A stretch of DNA of 64,000 bases from Candidatus Poribacteria bacterium (GCA_965218095.1 OZ244587.1:928001-992000), one strand, 5' to 3'. Positions 50,487 through 61,194 are shown, counted from the first letter of the stretch. A program made the numbers and translations. The notes: generated by a model not told the origin, from the sequence alone.

Positions 50487-51725
50487 TCAGATGAGCCCCA
50501 GCACTTCATCAATTTCCGCCTGATACTCATAAACTTGGCAGGACTCCACCTCGCTCATCTTCACTGCCCGACCAACCCGGGCGGACTCAAATATGGCGTA
50601 AATCGCTGCCACATCTTTCAAGCCTTCGAGCCCATCTACCTCTACCTCCCGTCCATTGAGGATGGCTTCAGCCAGTTCGTAATATTCAAGGGCGATGATC
50701 TTCCAATCCACCTTGCTGTCCTTGTCGGTGATCCGGCCAGGAAAGAGATGTTCCGCCAGCGGTTCCAAGGCAAACCCATCTATGGATGCCAGAATTTCCT
50801 CCTGGCTCATCTCGTCCTCTGTCCTGCGCTTCATACTGACCCTGCTCCCACGTGCCCCAAAGCCGTTGATGCACCCTTGATCAGCCAAAATAAGTTGACC
50901 ACCATAGCTGCCGGAGCCGCCCCTGCTGACTAACCAGTTCACGGTCACACCGCTTTCCATCTTGAATATCGCCATCGAGGTGTCCTCTGCTGTCGCCGGA
51001 ACTTCAACGTCCATCGCCTGATGCCGGTTCTGGTAGAAGGTGTAGGTGTCACCGATGCTGTCCGACTTTCTTCTCACCGGCTCGACCAGCCACACATCGC
51101 CGTAGACCTCCGCTATATCTCCAAGTTGATAACGGATCTGATCCACAATATGAACGCCCATGTCGATAATCGGACCACCCTTATCCTTGAGATGGCGCCA
51201 GGGGGTAATGAAAATGGTATTGCCCCCACTCAGCGAGTGGAAAAGCCCCATATAGGGCGTGCCTATTGCGCCCGTTTTCAACAGATGGTTGACCAGGCGG
51301 GCGGAGGGGTCGCGCCGATAGTTCTCCGCCACCGACAGCACCCGGTCGTTCCGTTCGGCGGCATCAATCATCTTCTGACACGCCCCGACGGTGATCGCCA
51401 TCGGCTTCTCAACCATCACATGCAGCCCCAGATCCAGGGCTTGACACACAACGGTGTGGTGGACCGATGGGTCTGTCACCACGTCTACAGCAGTGAGATC
51501 GGGCGTCTGACGCGCCATTTCCTCCAAATCGGTGAAGATCGCTGGTCGGATGCCCAGCAGCTTTTCTGCTTCCAGGGCGGCGAGCTCGGCATTTTCGCGC
51601 TTAATGTCGCACAGGGCGCACAACTCAACGTTGTTGAACGGCGCCTGCGTAAGCTCTCGCAAACCGTAGAGGTGCCGCGTCCCCATACCGCCGCAGCCTA
51701 CCAATCCAAGTCTAATTTTGTCCAT
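50487..51725 (-). CDS. Gfo/Idh/MocA oxidoreductase
   Basis: GLVGCGGMG, VEKPMA, DMGVH. Confidence 0.92.
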   Translation of the reverse strand: MDKIRLGLVGCGGMGTRHLYGLRELTQAPFNNVELCALCDIKRENAELAALEAEKLLGIRPAIFTDLEEMARQTPDLTAVDVVTDPSVHHTVVCQALDLGLHVMVEKPMAITVGACQKMIDAAERNDRVLSVAENYRRDPSARLVNHLLKTGAIGTPYMGLFHSLSGGNTIFITPWRHLKDKGGPIIDMGVHIVDQIRYQLGDIAEVYGDVWLVEPVRRKSDSIGDTYTFYQNRHQAMDVEVPATAEDTSMAIFKMESGVTVNWLVSRGGSGSYGGQLILADQGCINGFGARGSRVSMKRRTEDEMSQEEILASIDGFALEPLAEHLFPGRITDKDSKVDWKIIALEYYELAEAILNGREVEVDGLEGLKDVAAIYAIFESARVGRAVKMSEVESCQVYEYQAEIDEVLGLI

Positions 51726-51755
51726 GCTATCTCCTTGTATCTTGATTCGCCTACA

Positions 51756-52550
51756 TCAACTGCCCTCATTCAACGCTTGAATTCCGGGCCAATCCCGCCA
51801 CATATCCTCACACGGCGGCTTTTCTTGCGTCTGATCGAGGTCTTTTTTCCTGAAGTCATACAACACCGCCTGTCGAATTTGCTTAGAACAATTGTGTCCG
51901 GCCGCATGCCCGATGCGGTGGTGCCAGAAGACAATATCCCCCGCCCCACCATGACACTCGACATAGGGCCACCGGTTGATGGATTCCAGGTCTGTTTCAT
52001 AACCCTCGGTCCGTTCATGCTTGTATTGTGAGTGAAAATCGTAATAAAATTTCCGGTGGCTTCCAGGCCAAACGGTAAATCCGCCGCCTCTTGGCGGAAC
52101 ATAATCAATGTACCCAACAACCCCGAGGTGGAAAGGATGCCCATCCACATGGCAGGTGGTGGGCTTTTCTGGTGCATCACCATAAGGCAGGGTGCAGTAG
52201 ATTCCCCGAATCCGGTCGGGAGTTTGCAGATTTCCCACCCCCAGAAACTGTTCTGCCATTCCCCACACGTTAGGGTCGGTGGCAAGCAGTTTCACCATCC
52301 AATCTTCGCCGCCGGGTTCGCGGAAATTCCATCGGAAGCCGGATTTCTGATTCATCGAATCTTCACATTCATCTTCCTTCTTAATGGGCCCGACCCAGGT
52401 CTCCGGGTTATGCCGATTGAGAGACGGTGGCGCCCCTTCCCACAATCGATCCCTCGCCCGTGCCATCAGATCCGGATCTAAAACTCCGCGCTTAATCAAG
52501 TAGCCTTCCCGTTTGAAGAATGCAACCTCCCCGCTGGATAATCTGATCAT
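51756..52550 (-). CDS. Phytanoyl-CoA dioxygenase (PhyH) family protein
   Basis: FFKREGY, HVD, VWPGSH, GDIVFWH..IGH. Confidence 0.88.
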   Translation of the reverse strand: MIRLSSGEVAFFKREGYLIKRGVLDPDLMARARDRLWEGAPPSLNRHNPETWVGPIKKEDECEDSMNQKSGFRWNFREPGGEDWMVKLLATDPNVWGMAEQFLGVGNLQTPDRIRGIYCTLPYGDAPEKPTTCHVDGHPFHLGVVGYIDYVPPRGGGFTVWPGSHRKFYYDFHSQYKHERTEGYETDLESINRWPYVECHGGAGDIVFWHHRIGHAAGHNCSKQIRQAVLYDFRKKDLDQTQEKPPCEDMWRDWPGIQALNEGS

Positions 52551-52563
52551 CGGTTGAATCTCC

Positions 52564-53661
52564 TCATTGGAGTTGAATTTGCGGTCTCAGGTCATTGATG
52601 TCTTTCATAAAATCTTTGCCGTCGTCAACTGTCAATATGTTTTTGTCCCCTTCTTCTTGCTCTAAAAGATCTGCCAGAGACCGATCCGCTTTAATGGTAA
52701 ATCCCGCATCTTTTATCATTTGTAGGGTTCGCGTTCTTGAAGCCCCCTTTGTATTCAGGTAGCCATCCACAAAAAGAGAGTTTGCCGGATAGAGCGCCAT
52801 GACCTCCATACTTCGTAGGTGCGCTTCTCGACCGGCGGCGATTCGGATTTCGGCCTCCGGATTCAAAAAACGGTACACGCACAGCACGCGGAGGCAATAT
52901 TCCGGACTGAGATCTGGGTCTTTCGAAAGCACATTTCCCGGAATGGGCAACAAAAAATTGACAGGTATCGATTGAACCTTCAGCTTTCGTAATGTTTTGG
53001 CGACCCCAATGACATCTTCCACTTTCTCTCCCATGCCCACGATGATTCCAGAACACAATTCCACGCCAACTGCTTGCGCCGCATGTAATGTATCAAGCCG
53101 ATCTTGATATGTATGGGTGGTACAGATGTTGGGATAATGCTTTTCCGATGTGTTGAGATTGTGATTCAGTCGATCTAAGCCAGCGTCCTTGAGGATTTGT
53201 GCCTTCTCCTTATCCATCAAGCCTGCGGAGAGACAGACTTGGATCGGATACCGGGATTTAATTCCTTTGATTAATTTTGCCAAATGCGCAACGCGCTTTT
53301 TTGACGGACCGCGACCAGCAAAGACCATACAGTAGCGATACGCCCCTGATTCGTAAGCACATTGGGCTTCAGCCAAAATTTCTTCATCGGGTTTAATTGA
53401 GTACGCCTCAATATTGGCGTTTGATGGCTTGGCCTGGGCGCAGTAATAGCAGTCTTCAGGGCAAAAGCCATTTTGGGCGTTATTGATGATATGAAGTTGC
53501 ACTGCTTTACCGGTGTATTTCTTGCGCACCTGATAAGCTGCATCAAGCAACGGGAGGAGTTCAACCTCGGGTGAAGTTAGTATCTGTAGACATGATTCGT
53601 CAGAAAGGGGTTTTCCCCCTAAACTTTTTTTTGCTAATTCATCATAAAACCTTCGTTCCAT
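52564..53661 (-). CDS. bioB: Biotin synthase
   Basis: CPEDCYYCAQ radical-SAM motif, NHNLNTS, CSGIIVGMGE, SIPVNFL, IRIAAGRE, ANSLFVDGYL. Confidence 0.96.
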   Translation of the reverse strand: MERRFYDELAKKSLGGKPLSDESCLQILTSPEVELLPLLDAAYQVRKKYTGKAVQLHIINNAQNGFCPEDCYYCAQAKPSNANIEAYSIKPDEEILAEAQCAYESGAYRYCMVFAGRGPSKKRVAHLAKLIKGIKSRYPIQVCLSAGLMDKEKAQILKDAGLDRLNHNLNTSEKHYPNICTTHTYQDRLDTLHAAQAVGVELCSGIIVGMGEKVEDVIGVAKTLRKLKVQSIPVNFLLPIPGNVLSKDPDLSPEYCLRVLCVYRFLNPEAEIRIAAGREAHLRSMEVMALYPANSLFVDGYLNTKGASRTRTLQMIKDAGFTIKADRSLADLLEQEEGDKNILTVDDGKDFMKDINDLRPQIQLQ

Positions 53662-53690
53662 CTGTTTTTCACAATCCTCTCTATTTTCTC

Positions 53691-53869
53691 TAGTTCCCAA
53701 GCTGTGATGCCCCCTTTGGCTTCGATCGATTGGGCAGTTGCCGAGCCATCCCGCCCATTCACGTCGGCAATGACGATTTAGGCTCATTCCTGTGCATAAA
53801 GCATGGCTGTCGCAGCACCAATACCTGCGCCCCGCCCGTGACGATGGGAATTTTATTCTCTAATCGCAT
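53691..53869 (-). pseudogene. 5' remnant of an SDR oxidoreductase
   Basis: RBS, then MRLENKIPIVTGGA / GIGAATAMLYAQE / KIVIADVN...IEAKGG across frameshifts. Confidence 0.7.
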
Positions 53870-53925
53870 TGTGCCTTCCTTCTGAATTTTCCTGTGGAGG
53901 AATGCGTGAATTTCTGTCGGGTATT

Positions 53926-53954
53926 ATTATAGCGGATTTTTGGAGAGTGATCAA
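53926..53954 (-). promoter_or_regulatory. Sigma70-type promoter
   Basis: Minus strand TTGATC-17 bp-TATAAT. Confidence 0.65.
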
Positions 53955-54007
53955 CAGGAATTTTTAGGAAAGGGTCGTGTCTTATACCGATTTCGGCTAA
54001 TTCAGTG

Positions 54008-54036
54008 TTGACAACACATTAGGATTTTGGTAAAGT
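54008..54036 (+). promoter_or_regulatory. Sigma70-type promoter
   Basis: TTGACA-17 bp-TAAAGT with TG before the -10. Confidence 0.65.
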
Positions 54037-54089
54037 AGTGGTGTTTTCCCAAGGCATCCAGACGAAATTTCAAAGGTTAAAACGGATCC

Positions 54090-54122
54090 AACCTTGCGAG
54101 GGTTTGGAACCTTTGCAAGGTT
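54090..54122 (+). repeat. Palindrome (REP-like) in a 5' leader
   Basis: AACCTTGCGAGGGTT-TGG-AACCTTTGCAAGGTT; the mismatches are G-U pairs on +. Confidence 0.7.
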
Positions 54123-54149
54123 AGTCAAGCGAATAGGAGTTGGCAAATT

Positions 54150-55268
54150 ATGATTGAGATTCGCAGCACCGGCTTGATCTATCGCAATCCGAAACCACAC
54201 CTTCGCGCCCGGCATGCGTGGCACCCGACGCTGGTGGTAATCGACCAAGACGAATTGATCGCTGCATTTGACATCGGTGAAGCGATTGAGAGTCTGGATT
54301 ACCGGACCTATCTCAGCCGCAGCCATGACGGCGGGCAGACCTGGGATGCCCCCGCGCCGATGTTCCCTGATAATCTGCTGCAACACCCGACGCGGCGCAC
54401 CACACACATTGCCCGGCCAAGACGGATGTCGGACGGCCAACTCGTCGCACTTATCGCCTGCTTTTACCGCGACGACCCAGAGCAGGGTATTTGGAACCCG
54501 GACACGACAGGAGTAGCCGAGATGGATTTGATGTTGGCTCGCAGCCAGGATGACGGTCGGACCTGGCAGCAACCTCAGCGCATCACGCCGCCGCTGGTCG
54601 GCCAACCGTTCGAGATCTGTCATAGCATCGTTGAGTTGAAGGACGGTCGATGGCTCGCGCCGATGTCATGCCTCCGAAGTTGGGATGGCCAGGCTCCCAA
54701 CGGCATCAAGATCATCGCGCTGGTTTCCACCAACCAGGGGCAGACCTGGCCGACATACATTGACATCATGGACGATCACGCCAACGGTATCGCTCACTTT
54801 GAAAAGTCGGTGGTACAGTTGGCTGATGGGCGTTTGCTTGCCGTGGGCTGGGCATTCGATGAACGAAGCGGCAAGACCAAAGCCGTCAACTACGCGATCA
54901 GCGAGGACGGCAAAACTTTTTCGACCCCGCCGCGTCCGACGGGTCTGAGCGGCGAAACCACCAAGCTGCTGGCGCTGCCTGATGGACGCGCAATTTGCGC
55001 GTACCGCGGCATTGACCCGCCTGGCCTGTGCAGCGTGGTCGTCCATCTTGACGGGGACCAATGGCGACACGACGAACCGCTGGCGCTCTGGCAGGGGGAC
55101 ACACCCACGAAAATGTTCGGACAGGCAGCCGCCGCAGATGAGCTGCGCGCCCTCAAGCTCGGGTGTCCCAACATTGCCCTGCTATCTGATGGTGACATAT
55201 TGGTAGCGTTCTGGTGCTACGAGGAAGAGGTCTACAACATCCGTTGGATACGCATCGCTGTCAGATGA
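54150..55268 (+). CDS. BNR-repeat/sialidase-like protein
   Basis: SHDGGQTW, SQDDGRTW, STNQGQTW, SEDGKTF. Confidence 0.9.
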   Translation: MIEIRSTGLIYRNPKPHLRARHAWHPTLVVIDQDELIAAFDIGEAIESLDYRTYLSRSHDGGQTWDAPAPMFPDNLLQHPTRRTTHIARPRRMSDGQLVALIACFYRDDPEQGIWNPDTTGVAEMDLMLARSQDDGRTWQQPQRITPPLVGQPFEICHSIVELKDGRWLAPMSCLRSWDGQAPNGIKIIALVSTNQGQTWPTYIDIMDDHANGIAHFEKSVVQLADGRLLAVGWAFDERSGKTKAVNYAISEDGKTFSTPPRPTGLSGETTKLLALPDGRAICAYRGIDPPGLCSVVVHLDGDQWRHDEPLALWQGDTPTKMFGQAAAADELRALKLGCPNIALLSDGDILVAFWCYEEEVYNIRWIRIAVR

Positions 55269-55353
55269 ATCAGAGTGGGTTCGTCGGAATGCGGCGAATA
55301 CATTGGGCAATATTGGTTCGCCGGCTCAAATCGCTACGAATGGAGGCTGAATC

Positions 55354-56271
55354 ATGGATAGAGCCGCACAAGTTTTGGAACGTTTGAAAGGACCGGTTGT
55401 CCCCATCAACGTTTGTTTCAATGAGGACAGCACAATCAACTATGCCGCGGTCGGAGATTATATAAACTGGCTGTGCGAAGAGAACACCCCCGTGCTTTTG
55501 CTGACTTACGGGAGCAGCGAATTTGCCAGCATCAGCGATGAGGAGCTCTGGGAGTTGACAGAAACGGTTGCTTCAGCCAACGCTGGACGCTCGCTCTGTA
55601 TTGCTTCTACCGGTTTCTGGAAGCCAGCGAAGACTCGGGATTTTCTGAAGCACGCTGACGCTGTCGGCGCTGACGCCGTCAAGGTGCAAATCAACCCCTG
55701 GCTGCCGAAGACGCGAGAAGCCCTGGTCGGATACTTCGACCTGATCGAAGGCGCTTCCAATATCCCCCTGCTGCTGTGGGGAGATGCGTCGCCACCGTTT
55801 CCCGTCGAGGTCGCGGCAGAGTTGGCGCAGCGTTCTAACATCGTTGGCATGAAGAACGACGCGCACCCTTTCTACGACTACTATGATCTGATTCGAGCCA
55901 CACGAGATCAGGATTTTGGTGTGGTCAGTGGCGGTCAGATGCGTAACTTCGCCTTTGGATACCAGATCGGCTCTCCCGCTTACCTGTGCCCCATCGCGCC
56001 TTTCCGTCCGGATATCGCTTTGCAGTTTTATCACTTATTGGTCGAAGGACATATTGATCAGGCATGGCAAATGGTCTTCCGTTATGAAGACCCCTGGTTA
56101 CAATGGGCAATTGTGCATGATTGGCTTGCTGTGATGAAGTCGACCGCACAACTCCAGGGGCTGTATCCGAACAATCGGCCCGCCCCGCCGAATCCCGCGC
56201 CGCCTCCGAGCTTACTGGATGAAGTGCGGGCGAAGTTGGAGGAGATCTTTGGGGCCTCGCATACACGGTAG
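55354..56271 (+). CDS. Dihydrodipicolinate synthase-family aldolase
   Basis: GPVVP...GSSEF...NIVGMKND (Schiff-base Lys). Confidence 0.88.
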   Translation: MDRAAQVLERLKGPVVPINVCFNEDSTINYAAVGDYINWLCEENTPVLLLTYGSSEFASISDEELWELTETVASANAGRSLCIASTGFWKPAKTRDFLKHADAVGADAVKVQINPWLPKTREALVGYFDLIEGASNIPLLLWGDASPPFPVEVAAELAQRSNIVGMKNDAHPFYDYYDLIRATRDQDFGVVSGGQMRNFAFGYQIGSPAYLCPIAPFRPDIALQFYHLLVEGHIDQAWQMVFRYEDPWLQWAIVHDWLAVMKSTAQLQGLYPNNRPAPPNPAPPPSLLDEVRAKLEEIFGASHTR

Positions 56272-56316
56272 ATTCGCGGAGAAGAAATATTCAACCTTGC
56301 TAAAAGGAGAAAAACT

Positions 56317-57426
56317 ATGTCAACCTATCGTGCCGCAGTTATTGGTCTGGGCAGAATGGGCAGCACTTTTGACGATGAGATTACCCAAGGCGGTTCGATT
56401 TTCCTGCCCTATTGCCATGGACCAAGTTACCATGCAGCCCCTAATGTCGAGTTGGTCGCCGGGGCAGACCCCCACGAGGAGCAGGCGTCCATCTTCGGTG
56501 AACGCTGGGGCCTGAGCCCTGACCATCTCTACAGCGACTACCGGGAGATGTTGGCGAAGGAGCAGTTGGACCTCGTCAGTGTATGCACGACAGCACGTAT
56601 CCGCGCCCACATCGTGCAGGGCGTAGCGCGCGCCGGAGTCAAGGCTATCTGGGCGGAAAAACCGATCTCCTTGACCTTGGAGGAGGCGGATGCGATGGTG
56701 CGTGTCTGCCAAGAAGAAGGAACCGCGCTGGCAGTCAATACCGCCCGCCGCTGGAATCCATTCTTCAGTGAAGCCCGGCGGCTAATTGACGCCGGTGAAC
56801 TTGGCGATATTCTGCAGGTGACCGTGTACGCCCAATGTGGTCTGTCCCATAACGGCAGCCACGCGATTGATATTCTGCGTTACATGGCTGGTGGAAATGT
56901 CGAATGGGTCTTCGGGGAGATGGAATCAGATGAAGCCGCCGCCGGTGAGGGCGATCTGATGGGGAACGGGTACCTTGGTTTTGATAACGGGGTACGGGCT
57001 TATCTCCGAAGTATGTCCTGTGGCGCCGCGTCCTGGGAGGTTGATGTCATTGGCACAGAAGGGCGCATCCGATCCCTGAATAATGCAGAGGAGTTTGAAC
57101 TTATCCGTACCATCCCCGGCGGTCGTCGAGGTCGCGGGGCACCGGCAAAGGTCCCCTTTCCCTGGCCCGTGCGGATGCAGGGCATAGGACTGACGATCGT
57201 CGCAGATCTGATTAACGCTATTGAGACTGGGCAACCACCAAAAGCTTCAGTCGAGGATGGACGCGCGGCTCTCGAAATTGCGGTGGCGTTGCGGGAATCG
57301 CATCGTCGTGGTGGCGTCAAGGTCAGCCTGCCATTGGCGGATCGAAGTTTGGGCATCCGTTCTACAGAGATTCGGAACGACGATGTGCCTGCACGAATTC
57401 GGCGGTTGCAGCAGGCGGGTTCGTAG
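56317..57426 (+). CDS. Gfo/Idh/MocA oxidoreductase
   Basis: IGLGRMG, AEKPI, NGSHAID. Confidence 0.92.
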   Translation: MSTYRAAVIGLGRMGSTFDDEITQGGSIFLPYCHGPSYHAAPNVELVAGADPHEEQASIFGERWGLSPDHLYSDYREMLAKEQLDLVSVCTTARIRAHIVQGVARAGVKAIWAEKPISLTLEEADAMVRVCQEEGTALAVNTARRWNPFFSEARRLIDAGELGDILQVTVYAQCGLSHNGSHAIDILRYMAGGNVEWVFGEMESDEAAAGEGDLMGNGYLGFDNGVRAYLRSMSCGAASWEVDVIGTEGRIRSLNNAEEFELIRTIPGGRRGRGAPAKVPFPWPVRMQGIGLTIVADLINAIETGQPPKASVEDGRAALEIAVALRESHRRGGVKVSLPLADRSLGIRSTEIRNDDVPARIRRLQQAGS

Positions 57427-57446
57427 AATCTCAAAGGGGGAATCAT

Positions 57447-57875
57447 ATGTCATCGGTTGTTGAACGCATTGAAGATCCCTCGCTTTGTGTAGTTCGGATA
57501 GGGCAGGGTGAACGGATTACCGGATTGTTGGCAGAGTTGCTGAACCCAGTTAATTTAGAGAGCCTTCACGAATACCGTCTGCCCGCAAACGCCGATGTCG
57601 AACTTCACTACCACGATTACGATGAATATTGGCTGTTTACGGCGGGCCAGCCGAAAGTCACGCTACGTCTCCCGACGGGGGTAACGAAGGCGTTGCTGCT
57701 TGAGCCCAGGGACATGGTGGCGTGCGTTCGAGGTGTGGAGCACACGCTGTGGGCGGACCACGAACTGGTTTATTTTCAGTTTTCGAGCGTCCTCGAAGGC
57801 GGCGAGCGCCATGGGCACCTGATTCGTGGGGCGCCTGGCTTGGCACAAGCTGGGAGCAAAGCACAAGAAACTTAG
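57447..57875 (+). CDS. Cupin-domain protein
   Basis: LHYHDYDEYW...GVEH. Confidence 0.8.
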   Translation: MSSVVERIEDPSLCVVRIGQGERITGLLAELLNPVNLESLHEYRLPANADVELHYHDYDEYWLFTAGQPKVTLRLPTGVTKALLLEPRDMVACVRGVEHTLWADHELVYFQFSSVLEGGERHGHLIRGAPGLAQAGSKAQET

Positions 57876-58075
57876 TGCTTTATGGCAGAAATTTGTGGAC
57901 ACCTGAGATCTCTGAAAAGGTTTGGAATCTTTTCAAGGTTGCTATCCAGATATTTATGCCTCAAACTACCGGGACAGCTTTCTCCATGAATTGATGAACA
58001 TATCGCCTGCGGCGAGCTATACTGTACCTGAAGCCGTTGGTATGCCCGATGCACACTTCGTTATGGAGGCTTATC

Positions 58076-59116
58076 ATGTATAAATGTGCATTTTTAGGTT
58101 GTGGTGGACGCGCCCGTGCGCATACCCACGCATACAAACATGTCAAACGCGGAGAACTCGTTGCCATCTGTGATCTCAATGAGGAACTCCTCCACGCTTT
58201 CGGAGACGATTTCGGTATTGAGAAACGTTACACCGACATTCATGAGATGCTGGATAAAGAGCGGCCTGACCTGCTTCACATCGTGACTGCGCCGGTGCTG
58301 CGGGGAACGAACCAATTGATCCGCTACCCGTTGATGAATATCGCATCAGAGCACGAAGTGCCTGCCGTGATTGTCGAAAAGCCGATTGCGGTGATGGGAG
58401 AAGATTGGCGTCAACTGAGCAAACTATGTCAGAATACCAAAACCAAATTCGCGGTGAACACGCAGCTCAATTTTCATCCGCCGAATCTGAAATTAAAGGC
58501 TGATGTCGCCGCTGGAGGGATTGGGGACATCAACTTTATTGATGCCAGTGCCCGTTCAACGCCGATTGATCAGGGCCCGCATGTGCTTCAACTGGTCTCC
58601 TCGTACATTGACAATTCGCGTCCGGTCAAGGTTTTCGGGCAAGTCTCAGGGGGCGAGCATCTGGATTCAGCCCAACCGTCACCCGACCATGCCACAGCGT
58701 CGATCACGTATGCCAATGGGGTTCGTGCGCTAGTCACATTTGGAACCAAGGGCTCGCCCGAAATTAGTGATAGCGAATCCGTATTCATGCACAAACGGGT
58801 CCGTATTTTTGGGAAGCGCGGGTTTGTCCATTGGTGGATGTTCGGATGGGAGCGTAACACATCGACGGATGGCTATAGTAGTGGAAAACACGATTACGGT
58901 GAGCAAGATGTCTTAGGACAGGCAGGCCTCACCGAAGCGATGTTCGATTGGCTTGAGGATGACGAAAAGGTACATCCCACCCACTTGGCGCAGTCGCTTG
59001 CGGAGTTTAATGCCATTTTGGGTGTCTATCACAGTGCATTGACGCACGCGCCCGTTGAACTCCCCTTTGACCCACCCGATGGATTGATCGAGTCTCTCAA
59101 AACGCTGCTGCTATGA
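58076..59116 (+). CDS. Gfo/Idh/MocA oxidoreductase
   Basis: FLGCGGRA, VEKPIA, DQGPH; GGAGG RBS. Confidence 0.9.
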   Translation: MYKCAFLGCGGRARAHTHAYKHVKRGELVAICDLNEELLHAFGDDFGIEKRYTDIHEMLDKERPDLLHIVTAPVLRGTNQLIRYPLMNIASEHEVPAVIVEKPIAVMGEDWRQLSKLCQNTKTKFAVNTQLNFHPPNLKLKADVAAGGIGDINFIDASARSTPIDQGPHVLQLVSSYIDNSRPVKVFGQVSGGEHLDSAQPSPDHATASITYANGVRALVTFGTKGSPEISDSESVFMHKRVRIFGKRGFVHWWMFGWERNTSTDGYSSGKHDYGEQDVLGQAGLTEAMFDWLEDDEKVHPTHLAQSLAEFNAILGVYHSALTHAPVELPFDPPDGLIESLKTLLL

Positions 59117-59425
59117 AATGAGCCAATAGGTGCATAGCCCGGAGTGTTTCAAACATTTTTCGCCCCGATAACTCTGTCTCGTTTGAGCTATCGGGGGATT
59201 TATCAACATCGCTGAAAAAGTTGTATCAGTTAGCACTTCCAAAGCGGATTGAGTGATAATCAGCGAATGAAATGAATTCTGTACAAACTCAACTAGAATC
59301 TGCATGACAGGAACCACTCGGTGTGGGCTTGTGCAACAGCCTGAACCTGAAGCAGATAATCACTTGCTACTGTTGCGAATTTGTGTATAAACTGGAATTG
59401 TATCAACAGAAATAGGAGGTTTGAA

Positions 59426-60256
59426 ATGACGTATAGTAACGTTCCTATCGGAACATCTAACCCCGGTTGCATTGTCATCTTAGTCGATCAATCTTGGTCA
59501 ATGAGCGAAGATTGGGGAACCGGAACGAAGGCAGAGCGAGCCTCCCTTGCTGTCAATCGTATCCTTGAGGAACTCGTTCTCGCTGGCCGGGCCGGAGATA
59601 TGATAAAGGATCGGTGTCACGTCTCTGTTATCGGCTATGGTGAACGGGTTGAATGCGTCGTTGACGGCATGATATCAGAGGTCGCATCATCACTCATTGA
59701 AGTCAAGAAAGTTAAAAAGTCCATTCCTGACGGAGCGGGTGGGATTGTTGAGGTTGAAGTAGAAATGCCGGTCTGGGTGCAACCAACGGCGAGCAATAGC
59801 ACCCCAATGCATGAGGCATTTGAACACGCCGCCGAAATTGTTCAACGCTGGTGCGACGATAAACCCGATGGTTTTCCACCAATTGTTATCAACATCACAG
59901 ATGGTGCCGCCACTCAGCCTGATTTGACAGCAGATGCCGCAAGAAAAGTCATGAATCTCCACACGACAGATGGCAACGTTTTGGTTTTCAACATTCATAT
60001 CGCTAATAGTATACACCAGGAGACTTTCCCACACAGCACAGCCCAATTGGTAGGTGATAGCTTGGCAGAATTTCTCTTCAGTCTCTCTAGCGTTCTGCCA
60101 GAGCCCTTGCGCGAAATGGCAAAAGAAGTGGGACTTCCGGCAGATCCCGATGCCCGATGTTTTAGTTATAATGCGGATGAAGTCACGATGATTAGGATCT
60201 TGGAGTTTGGTTCTTTGAGCGTAACACAGATACGAGCTCTTCCATCTCCTGTTTGA
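59426..60256 (+). CDS. vWA-domain protein (TerY-like)
   Basis: MIDAS DQSWS, TPM, NITDG; AGGAGG RBS. Confidence 0.88.
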   Translation: MTYSNVPIGTSNPGCIVILVDQSWSMSEDWGTGTKAERASLAVNRILEELVLAGRAGDMIKDRCHVSVIGYGERVECVVDGMISEVASSLIEVKKVKKSIPDGAGGIVEVEVEMPVWVQPTASNSTPMHEAFEHAAEIVQRWCDDKPDGFPPIVINITDGAATQPDLTADAARKVMNLHTTDGNVLVFNIHIANSIHQETFPHSTAQLVGDSLAEFLFSLSSVLPEPLREMAKEVGLPADPDARCFSYNADEVTMIRILEFGSLSVTQIRALPSPV

Positions 60257-60260
60257 AGAT

Positions 60261-61169
60261 ATGATTAAATTAACAGCGAGCTCCTTCATTACCCATAAAG
60301 AAGCGGAAAGCCTAGATGATTGTCAAGACGCTTGGGACCTGAATGATGAGAAGGGACGCTATACTATTGCAGATGGTGCGACCCGCTCCTTTTTTCCAAA
60401 GGAGTGGGCAACCCTGCTCGTAGAGCACTTCTGTGAAAGCGCCGAATTGTCTTTCACGGAAATGAATTGGCGAGACTGGATAGGCCCCATCCGACAAAAA
60501 TGGTATGAACAGGTAGAAAAGAGGGTGAAAGAGCGAAACCTGTTCTATCTCACAAATTCGTTCAACGCCCAAGAATCCGCCGTTTCTACTTTTATTGGCA
60601 TTGAATTCAATAAAGATAACGGTGCGTGGGAGGCTATGATTGTGGGTGATAGTTGCCTGTTTCATAAAAGCGATTCTGGGTTTGAAAGTTACTTGATAGA
60701 GAATTCAGCAGACTTTACGAATCGTCCCGAAGCTTTCGCTAGTTTTGAGAAGGACAATCACTCTGAGCCGACATTTATCCTTGGTAAAGCCAAACCCGGT
60801 GATACCTTTATCTTGGCAACCGATGCTTTGGCGAAATGGATTCTCGAACATAAGGAAGTTGGGGAATTAGATGCGGCACTTGATACCCTCAAAGCGGTAG
60901 AATCGGATGAACACTTCCACCAATTTGTCCATGAGGCGCGCCATAACGAAGCCATCCGCCTCGTTAATGACGACGTAACGCTTATGCTAATTTCGGTTGA
61001 AGAGGCTCAAAAGCCGGAAGAGACCGAACCAGAAGCACCCTCGGAAGCACAAACCCAACAGCAACAAGATGTCTTATTGCGTACTCTCTTTTGGGGAATC
61101 CTCGCAGGGGTTTTTGCGTTCTTCGTTGGGTTTATCATTCTTCTCTTGGTATTGCTCAATCAAAAGTAG
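60261..61169 (+). CDS. PP2C-like phosphatase with C-terminal TM helix
   Basis: CQDA, IADGAT, VGDSC, LATDAL, NDDVT; hydrophobic C-terminus. Confidence 0.88.
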   Translation: MIKLTASSFITHKEAESLDDCQDAWDLNDEKGRYTIADGATRSFFPKEWATLLVEHFCESAELSFTEMNWRDWIGPIRQKWYEQVEKRVKERNLFYLTNSFNAQESAVSTFIGIEFNKDNGAWEAMIVGDSCLFHKSDSGFESYLIENSADFTNRPEAFASFEKDNHSEPTFILGKAKPGDTFILATDALAKWILEHKEVGELDAALDTLKAVESDEHFHQFVHEARHNEAIRLVNDDVTLMLISVEEAQKPEETEPEAPSEAQTQQQQDVLLRTLFWGILAGVFAFFVGFIILLLVLLNQK

Positions 61170-61194
61170 CGAAATCGTTAAATTGGAGCAGTTC

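Noticed and set aside
46734-52031. Long antisense ORFs (46734..47861, 51021..52031 and similar)
   Set aside because: Shadows of well-supported genes on the opposite strand; no motifs.
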